From positions 1 through 50,689 of the forward strand of contig PALW01000062.1 of the NCBI GenBank assembly GCA_002710745.1: a DNA stretch of 50,689 nt, written 5' to 3'. The stretch is from Porticoccaceae bacterium. GTDB taxonomy: Bacteria > Pseudomonadota > Gammaproteobacteria > Pseudomonadales > Porticoccaceae. Positions within the stretch are counted from its first letter, which is position 1. Every line of letters starts with the position of its first letter. Under the pieces are notes generated by a model. That model saw only the letters and a list, made by a program, of their open reading frames with translations. It was not told the DNA's origin and did no database searches. The position numbers and the translations under genes are program-made. This document shows positions 44,785 through 50,689 of this stretch, piece after piece.

Positions 44785-46419
44785 ATGAGGAAGCTTTTTC
44801 TTATATTTAATACCCTACGATACCTAAAGTGGCAGCAAATCTACTTCAGGTTAGTGCGGAGATTAATTAAACCAAAAGTCATCGAAATTTTTCAAGGGCC
44901 AAAGCCTAAGCGTTCAAAAACATGGGAACATCTGCCGCTTTATAGCAACAAAATTGATAGTCAATTAGAGGCATGTTTTTTAAATCATACTAAGAAACTT
45001 GATTTGCCAGCAGACTGGAACAACGAATCTCCAAGTAAACTCTGGGTTTATAACTTACATTACTTTGAAGATCTTCTTTCCAATAATGCTAAAGAAAAGC
45101 ACAATTCCCATTTTCAGTTATTAAATAGTTGGGTTGATCAAAACCCAGTTGGATATGGTAATGGTTGGGAGCCCTATCCGACATCTTTGCGTATTGTAAA
45201 TATCCTAAAAGCTTGGCTTGGTGGGCTAAAATTAGATGCAAAACTGTTAAGTAGCGTTTTCACTCAGGCGAGTTTTCTATCAAGTGACCTTGAAAGGCAT
45301 TTATTAGGTAACCATTATTTTGTTAATTTAAAAGCGTTGTTATTTGCCGGTGTGATTTTTGAGAATATTCGCTGGATGAGCATTGCTGAAAGGGGTTTAC
45401 TTACTGAAATTCCGGAACAGATTCTTGAGGATGGTGCCAATTTCGAACTTAGTCCAATGTATCATTCGTTGATACTTTTGGATATGCTGGATATGTTCAA
45501 CCTAAGTAGGGCTTATCCGACTAAGCTATCAAATCAGTTAGCATCTCTATTAGAAAAGTATATCCCTAAAATGCTGACATTTTTGGAGGCAATGGCTCAT
45601 CTTGATGGAGGTGTATCTTTCTTTAATGATTCAGCGGACGGAATTGCCCCAACAAAAGCAAAGATTGAAAGCTATGCTGAAAAACTGGGGTTTGAAATTA
45701 GTCCTCATGATTCTAATAGACCTCAAATTATTGATAACCCTAACAGTGGTTATATTTGCGCTATAGCAGCTGAGAACAAACTGATATTTGACGCATCACC
45801 AGTTGGGCCTGATTATATTCCAGGCCACGCCCACGCAGACACATTATCTTTTGAGTTATCCATTGGTGCTCAGCGAGTGTTTGTGAATTCGGGCACCTCT
45901 GAATATGGCTTGAGCCCAAAGCGGCTTTTTCAGCGAAAAACAGCTTCACATAATACAGTTGAAGTAGATGGTAAAGATTCCTCGCAGGTATGGGGTGGCT
46001 TTAGAGTTGCCAATCGAGCAGAGATAATTTCCAAGCATACCGAACTAAAACATGATCATAGTATTGAGTTACTTGCTGCTCATAATGGTTATAAGTCACT
46101 ATTCGGTGGATGCATTCATGCGCGTAAATTAACTTTTAGTGAAAATAGTCTTATTGTTTCCGATTCGCTAGAAAGAACATTTAAGTATGCAAAATCACGT
46201 TTTTATTTTCACCCTGACTTGGTCATAAGCCTAGAAGACAATTTATTGAGAATTGAAGGTACAGAATTTACTTTGCATAGTGATCTAACAGGCAAGGTAG
46301 CTTCACTTGTCGACTCCTTTTGGTATCCTGAGTTTGGGGTAGAAATGCTCAACAAAATGCTAGAGTTACAGTTTGAGCAACCTCAGCTAGATATTGTGTT
46401 TAAATGGTCTAAACACTGA
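44785..46419 (+). CDS. Heparinase II/III-like (alginate-lyase-fold) protein
   Basis: LRYLKWQQIYFRL N-terminus, NHYFVNLKAL, and the C-terminal GHAHADTLSFEL motif typical of the Hepar_II_III domain. The track ORF starts at TTG 44761. Confidence 0.8.
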   Translation: MRKLFLIFNTLRYLKWQQIYFRLVRRLIKPKVIEIFQGPKPKRSKTWEHLPLYSNKIDSQLEACFLNHTKKLDLPADWNNESPSKLWVYNLHYFEDLLSNNAKEKHNSHFQLLNSWVDQNPVGYGNGWEPYPTSLRIVNILKAWLGGLKLDAKLLSSVFTQASFLSSDLERHLLGNHYFVNLKALLFAGVIFENIRWMSIAERGLLTEIPEQILEDGANFELSPMYHSLILLDMLDMFNLSRAYPTKLSNQLASLLEKYIPKMLTFLEAMAHLDGGVSFFNDSADGIAPTKAKIESYAEKLGFEISPHDSNRPQIIDNPNSGYICAIAAENKLIFDASPVGPDYIPGHAHADTLSFELSIGAQRVFVNSGTSEYGLSPKRLFQRKTASHNTVEVDGKDSSQVWGGFRVANRAEIISKHTELKHDHSIELLAAHNGYKSLFGGCIHARKLTFSENSLIVSDSLERTFKYAKSRFYFHPDLVISLEDNLLRIEGTEFTLHSDLTGKVASLVDSFWYPEFGVEMLNKMLELQFEQPQLDIVFKWSKH

Positions 46420-46421
46420 AT

Positions 46422-47645
46422 ATGCATATACTTTTCTTAACCGATAATTTTCCTCCCGAAGGAAATGCTCCAGCAACGCGAACTTTTGAGCATGCCCGTG
46501 AGTGGGTGGATAAGGGGTACAAAGTTACAGTAATTACCTGTGCGCCAAATTTTCCAGAAGGAAAAGTGTTTGAAGGTTACAAAAATAGATGGTTGTCAAA
46601 GTGCAAAATAGACGGAATTAATGTTTGGCGGGTAAAAACCTATGTCACTGCCAATGAAGCATTTTTAAAGCGAACAATTGATTTTGTTTCCTTCATGCTA
46701 TCTAGCCTGTTTTTTGGCTTGTTTACCCTAAAGGTCGATGTTGTAATTGGGACTTCTCCTCAGTTTTTTACGGTTATCTCAGCTTGGACTCTGGCGAAAT
46801 TAAAACGAGTTCCATTCGTTTTTGAATTGCGTGATATATGGCCTGCTTCTATAACCGCTGTTGGCGCAATGAGAGGTAGTTGGATAATCAATATCCTTGA
46901 GAAGCTAGAACTATTTTTGTATCGCCAAGCTGATTTGATTGTATCTGTAACTCATAGCTTTAAACCAGAACTTCAAAATCGAGGGGTGTCAGCCGATAAG
47001 ATCAAGGTCGTCCTCAATGGTGTGGATTTAGAAAGATATAACCCCTTGCTGGAAAAAGATGAAAGTCTTGCGAATAAGTATGGGTTAAATAATAAATTTG
47101 TTATCGGATATATAGGCACCCACGGCTTAGCTCATGCACTAGAAAACGTAATTGAAGCAGCTGAGCTGATTACAAAAGAAGATAATATAAGAATTATATT
47201 TGTTGGCGGAGGAGCGGATCGGGCAAGACTAGAAAAAATAGTTCGTGAGCGTGGCTTAGAAAACATAGTTATGATACCTCGTCAGCCAAAGGATCAAATG
47301 CGACAAGTTTGGAGCTTGTGCGATATTTCTTTAGTACATTTGAAAGACTCACCTCTTTTTAAAACTGTGATCCCTTCTAAAATATTTGAGTCAATGGCAA
47401 TGGGTTTACCTATCCTCATGGCCGTGCCCATCGGGGAAGCTACAGATATTATAGAGGAGTATAAGGCTGGAATTAACGTTTCACCCAGCTGTCCAAAAGA
47501 GCTAAGTGAGAAATTTTTGGCACTAGCAAAGGATAAAGAGTTAGTTAGAGCACTTTCTTATCAGAGTTTAAATGCTGCTCGAAATTTCGATCGAAAAAAA
47601 ATGGCATTAGAGATGCTTAAGCATATAGAGGAAGTAGTAAGTTGA
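46422..47645 (+). CDS. Glycosyltransferase GT4, WbuB/WcaI-like
   Basis: ILFLTDNFPPEGNAPATRTFEHAREWVDKGYKVTVIT and the C-terminal SKIFESMAMGLPIL motif. Confidence 0.85.
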   Translation: MHILFLTDNFPPEGNAPATRTFEHAREWVDKGYKVTVITCAPNFPEGKVFEGYKNRWLSKCKIDGINVWRVKTYVTANEAFLKRTIDFVSFMLSSLFFGLFTLKVDVVIGTSPQFFTVISAWTLAKLKRVPFVFELRDIWPASITAVGAMRGSWIINILEKLELFLYRQADLIVSVTHSFKPELQNRGVSADKIKVVLNGVDLERYNPLLEKDESLANKYGLNNKFVIGYIGTHGLAHALENVIEAAELITKEDNIRIIFVGGGADRARLEKIVRERGLENIVMIPRQPKDQMRQVWSLCDISLVHLKDSPLFKTVIPSKIFESMAMGLPILMAVPIGEATDIIEEYKAGINVSPSCPKELSEKFLALAKDKELVRALSYQSLNAARNFDRKKMALEMLKHIEEVVS

Positions 47646-48775
47646 AAAAAGTAATGGTGGTTTTTGGTACACGGCCTGAAGCGATAAAAATGGCCCCTTT
47701 ATGCCATAGATTGCGAGAACAAAAAGATATTGAAACTATTATCTGTGTTACTGCACAGCACAGAGAGATGTTGGATCAAGTGCTCAGTATCTTTGAGTTG
47801 ACCCCCGATATTGATTTAAATGTGATGAAGAAAGGTCAGGATCTTTACGATGTGACCTCAAATATATTGCTCAAGATGCGCGACACTTTAAAAGAAGAAA
47901 AGCCAGATATAGTAATAGTGCATGGAGATACGACAACCACATTTGCGACATCTCTGGCATGTTTCTATATGGGCGTTAAGGTAGGACATGTTGAAGCGGG
48001 GCTTCGGACTCATGATATACACGCTCCTTTTCCTGAGGAATATAACCGGCTAAGCACGGGAATAATCGCCGATTATCATTTTGCACCAACTGATTTGAGC
48101 CAAAAAAATTTACTTGCAGAGGGTAAAAATAAAGAGAGCATTATTGTTACCGGGAATACTGTCATCGATGCTCTTCATCTGGTCTTAAAAACAGTAGATG
48201 CCGATAAGAATAAATCAAAGGATATAACTCTTCGGCTGAACGAGCGCTTATCCTTTGATTGGAAAGCCACTCGCTTTGTTTTGATAACTGGCCATAGAAG
48301 AGAAAATTTTGGTCAAGGTTTTCTTGATATTTGCGAGGCAATAAAAGAGCTGGCTATAAAGAATCCAGATACTCACTTTGTGTACCCTTTGCATCTTAAC
48401 CCCAATGTGCAAAAACCAGTTAACGAAATTCTATTAGGAATAGACAACGTTTGGTTGATTGAGCCACTTGAGTACGAGGATTTTGTTTACTTGTTAAAAC
48501 AGTCGTATCTGGTACTGACAGACTCTGGTGGTATCCAAGAGGAAGCGCCAAGTTTGGGTAAGCCAGTGCTGGTAATGCGGGAATTAACGGAGCGTCCAGA
48601 GGCGGTGGAGGCTGGAACAGTAAAGCTCGTCGGCGCTTCCAGAGAGAATATTATATTTAATATTGATCTTTTATTAAATGATGAAGCTCTGTATAAAACA
48701 ATGTCGCGAGCCCATAATCCTTATGGTGATGGTAAAGCTTGTGATCGTATAGTTGAATATATTAAGGGAAGTTGA
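47642..48775 (+). CDS. wecB: UDP-N-acetylglucosamine 2-epimerase (non-hydrolysing)
   Basis: KVMVVFGTRPEAIKMAPL, HGDTTT, HVEAGLRT, TDSGGIQEEAPSLGKPVLVMR. TTG start overlaps the upstream stop. Confidence 0.9.
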   Translation: MKKVMVVFGTRPEAIKMAPLCHRLREQKDIETIICVTAQHREMLDQVLSIFELTPDIDLNVMKKGQDLYDVTSNILLKMRDTLKEEKPDIVIVHGDTTTTFATSLACFYMGVKVGHVEAGLRTHDIHAPFPEEYNRLSTGIIADYHFAPTDLSQKNLLAEGKNKESIIVTGNTVIDALHLVLKTVDADKNKSKDITLRLNERLSFDWKATRFVLITGHRRENFGQGFLDICEAIKELAIKNPDTHFVYPLHLNPNVQKPVNEILLGIDNVWLIEPLEYEDFVYLLKQSYLVLTDSGGIQEEAPSLGKPVLVMRELTERPEAVEAGTVKLVGASRENIIFNIDLLLNDEALYKTMSRAHNPYGDGKACDRIVEYIKGS

Positions 48776-49990
48776 ATGGTTTATAGGAAGAAAAGTGTTT
48801 CGGTGATCGGGCTTGGATATATTGGCCTGCCAACCGCTGCATTGCTTGCCTCTAAGGGTTATATGGTTAAAGGTATGGATATCAACGAACATGCGGTTGA
48901 AACAATCAATAAGGGAGAGATTCATATCTTAGAGCCTGACCTGGATGCATATGTCCGGTCAGCGGTAGCAAACGGAAAGTTGAAGGCATACTCAGAGGTT
49001 CAAGCAGGCGACATTTATATCATCTGTGTACCCACCCCTTTTCATATCGATTCTGAGCTTCCTAAACCAAATGTTGATTACGTGAGTGAAGCCGCCGAGA
49101 GCATAAGCCCTCACGTGAAAGGTGGGGATATAGTGATTCTAGAGTCAACTTCTCCTGTTGGAACCACTGAAATGGTAAGAGATGTTCTGCAGAAAAACGG
49201 AGTAGATACATCTGCCATTTTTGTCGCATACTGCCCTGAACGTGTTTTGCCCGGTAAGATAATGTCTGAATTGGTTGATAATGCCAGGGTTATTGGAGGG
49301 ATCAATAGCCAATCTACGGAGATTGTTGCAGCTTTCTACAGAACTTTTGTAAATGGGGAAATATTGGAAACCGAAGCCAAGACAGCGGAAATGTGCAAAT
49401 TAACTGAGAACAGCTTTAGAGATGTGAATATAGCTTTTGCCAATGAGTTATCGGTTCTGTGTGATAGTAATGGAGTCGATGTATGGGAGCTAATCAAGTT
49501 GGCAAATCATCATCCGCGTGTAAACATTCTACAGCCCGGTACGGGCGTAGGTGGTCACTGTATCGCAGTGGATCCTTGGTTCATCGTATCGCAAGATCTC
49601 GAGAATTCTCGGATTATCAAAACTGCCAGAGAAATTAATGACTCAAAACCAGATTGGGTTGTTGATAAGATCAAAGCAACGGCAGATTCAATGAGTACTA
49701 AGAAGGTTGTCTGCCTCGGCTTGGCATTTAAGCCTGATATTGATGATTTAAGAGAGTCTCCTGCAGTTAGAGTAGTTGAATCACTCGTGGAGCAGGGCTA
49801 TGATGTTTCTTGTGTTGAACCTAATATCAATGAGCATAAAAAATATAATTTAATTGATATTAAAAAAGCCATTGCTCAATTTGATGTTATAGCTTTGCTG
49901 GTCAAACATAAGGAGTTTACCTCTAATATGATATTGCCTGAGCTCGAGAGTAAAGGTACGCTAGATTTTTGTGGTACATTTTCAAAATAA
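48776..49990 (+). CDS. wecC: UDP-N-acetyl-D-mannosamine dehydrogenase
   Basis: VSVIGLGYIGLPTAALLAS, AYCPERVLPG, catalytic GGHCIAVDPWF. Directly follows wecB. Confidence 0.9.
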   Translation: MVYRKKSVSVIGLGYIGLPTAALLASKGYMVKGMDINEHAVETINKGEIHILEPDLDAYVRSAVANGKLKAYSEVQAGDIYIICVPTPFHIDSELPKPNVDYVSEAAESISPHVKGGDIVILESTSPVGTTEMVRDVLQKNGVDTSAIFVAYCPERVLPGKIMSELVDNARVIGGINSQSTEIVAAFYRTFVNGEILETEAKTAEMCKLTENSFRDVNIAFANELSVLCDSNGVDVWELIKLANHHPRVNILQPGTGVGGHCIAVDPWFIVSQDLENSRIIKTAREINDSKPDWVVDKIKATADSMSTKKVVCLGLAFKPDIDDLRESPAVRVVESLVEQGYDVSCVEPNINEHKKYNLIDIKKAIAQFDVIALLVKHKEFTSNMILPELESKGTLDFCGTFSK

Positions 49991-49998
49991 ACGACGAA

Positions 49999-50289
49999 TT
50001 AGTAGACCCAATATCTTAAATATTTCATCGGTGAGTATGTCTGCCATCCGCCTTTGAGCATTATCTTTTCCAATCGTTCGCCTTATTCAAGTAGATCAAG
50101 TTCTGCCCCCATTCTAAATGAATGATCTCTGAACAGTTTTTCATCTGAGTCCTTTTGTAGTTCTTTTAATATTGAGCTTATATTTGCTGGGTGTAGATTT
50201 TCTCAAAATGCCCATGCCTATTACGATACCTATACCAGTCCGAGCCGGTCAATGAGTTTAGGTGCGATATGAATGTAAAGGTCCCGATC
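49999..50289 (-). pseudogene. Decayed tyrosine recombinase (phage-type integrase) C-terminal remnant
   Basis: The - strand frame ending at TAA (49999-50001) reads ...SSILKELQKDSDEKLFRDHSFRMGAELDLLE*GERLEKIMLKGGWQTYSPMKYLRYWVY*. This matches the HxxR...GGW...Y box-II pattern, with spacing almost identical to Cre (HSARVGAARDMARAGVSIPEIMQAGGWTNVNIVMNYIR, from memory). There is an in-frame stop at 50083-50085 and four more stops upstream in this frame. The 5' extent is uncertain. Confidence 0.5.
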
Positions 50290-50557
50290 CCCATCTTTAG
50301 AGAGCTGTTCATCCCGTCGGGCAGTAAACCTGAATATGTGCTAGAGATAGCTGCTTTTTTTGCCAGCATGCAGAGACAGGAGCGTTGCAAGGGTGGGCCT
50401 GTGTCACGTCGCTCCGCAGACAGCCACGAGCTGATATGTTACCAGCGAAAAGGTACCACATGGTTATCCAGAGAGGTGCGGCAGGGTTTGATTAAAAAAG
50501 TAACAAAACGAAGCCAAAGCCAAATGATGACTCGCGATAAATACCTTTATCAGGCGC

Positions 50558-50590
50558 AAAAAAAGGCTGCACGTTGTGCAGCCTTTTTTT
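50558..50590 (-). terminator. Rho-independent (bidirectional-looking) terminator after tRNA-Asn
   Basis: AAAAAAA-GGCTGCAC-GTT-GTGCAGCC-TTTTTTT: a perfect 8-bp GC-rich stem with a 3-nt loop, flanked by A7 and T7. It lies 5 nt beyond the tRNA 3' end. Confidence 0.75.
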
Positions 50591-50595
50591 GTATT

Positions 50596-50671
50596 TGGCT
50601 CCGCCTGCTGGGCTCGAACCAGCGACCCAATGATTAACAGTCATTTGCTCTACCAACTGAGCTAAGGCGGA
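50596..50671 (-). tRNA. tRNA-Asn (anticodon GTT)
   Basis: The reverse complement TCCGCCTTAGCTCAGTTGGTAGAGCAAATGACTGTTAATCATTGGGTCGCTGGTTCGAGCCCAGCAGGCGGAGCCA folds by hand. Acceptor stem TCCGCCT/AGGCGGA, D arm GCTC/GAGC, anticodon stem AATGA/TCATT with loop CTGTTAA, T arm GCTGG/CCAGC with TTCGAGC. Discriminator G and encoded CCA; 76 nt. Confidence 0.95.
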
Positions 50672-50689
50672 AAGAACGCGCATTTTAGC

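Noticed and set aside
2095-49305. About 40 short antisense or alternative-frame ORFs of 60-129 aa in the six-frame track. Examples: 2095-2292(-), 3084-3311(-), 6812-7141(-), 8816-9205(-), 9329-9661(-), 13658-13963(+), 34535-34879(-), 41028-41324(-), 43746-44033(-).
   Set aside because: Each is nested inside a long + strand gene with clear family motifs. Their translations are low-complexity or unremarkable with no recognisable motifs. They are treated as shadow ORFs.
386-49990. Absence of wzx, wzc/wzb, manB/pgm and NulO early-step genes, considered as proof of novel biology.
   Set aside because: Absence within a 50-kb window does not show absence from the genome. These points are kept as hypotheses in the findings, with explicit genome-wide checks, rather than as conclusions.
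50178-50683. Track ORFs 50178-50390(-), 50269-50637(+) and 50492-50683(-).
   Set aside because: The last two run through the terminator hairpin and the tRNA-Asn gene, so they are artefacts. The first lies within the decayed integrase region in a different frame from the clear box-II remnant. At best it is another fragment of the same pseudogene.

Overview
Almost the whole window is one co-directional (+ strand) surface-polysaccharide (O-antigen/capsule-type) locus of about 50 kb. It comes from a low-GC Gram-negative genome. All family calls rest on motifs read by eye and on remembered homologues, because no searches were run.

Left to right the window contains:
- The 3' end of a CDS whose tail is built from in-frame PT and GTT tandem repeats.
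- A group-4-capsule-like export block: YjbH/GfcD-like protein, small lipoprotein, 823-aa Wza-family OPX, kinase-less Wzz, and a WecA/MraY-family initiating transferase.
- A 286-bp leader with a JUMPstart/ops-like element, followed by an EPS-type MarR regulator, a PfkB kinase, galU and manC.
- A short Gmd paralogue.
- A nonulosonic-acid (NulO) module: NeuB-like synthase, NeuD/PglD/PerB-like acyltransferase, TIM-barrel protein, CBS-aminotransferase fusion, CMP-NulO synthetase, WbuX/HisH/HisF amidotransferase triad, acetyltransferase, class-III aminotransferase and SDR.
- ugd plus a UDP-GlcA 4-epimerase, then canonical gmd and fcl.
- An MsbA/PglK-type ABC exporter.
- An AT-rich variable core: orphan GT-B-like protein, a Wzy-like gene split at a T10 tract, two methyltransferases, a GT11 fucosyltransferase and two more glycosyltransferases.
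- A WbpO/TviB-like dehydrogenase with an AsnB-like amidotransferase.
- A block of Gfo/Idh/MocA protein, bi-domain oxidoreductase and heparinase-II/III-like protein.
- A WbuB-like glycosyltransferase, wecB and wecC.

The right end carries a decayed tyrosine-recombinase remnant, a bidirectional hairpin terminator and tRNA-Asn(GTT) on the - strand.

The most interesting leads are:
- A NulO pathway lacking the usual 4,6-dehydratase and hydrolysing 2-epimerase, possibly fed from GDP-mannose.
- The ABC exporter in a locus where no Wzx is seen.
- The T10-split polymerase candidate.
- The oxidoreductase/heparinase-like block.
- The integrase relic next to tRNA-Asn.
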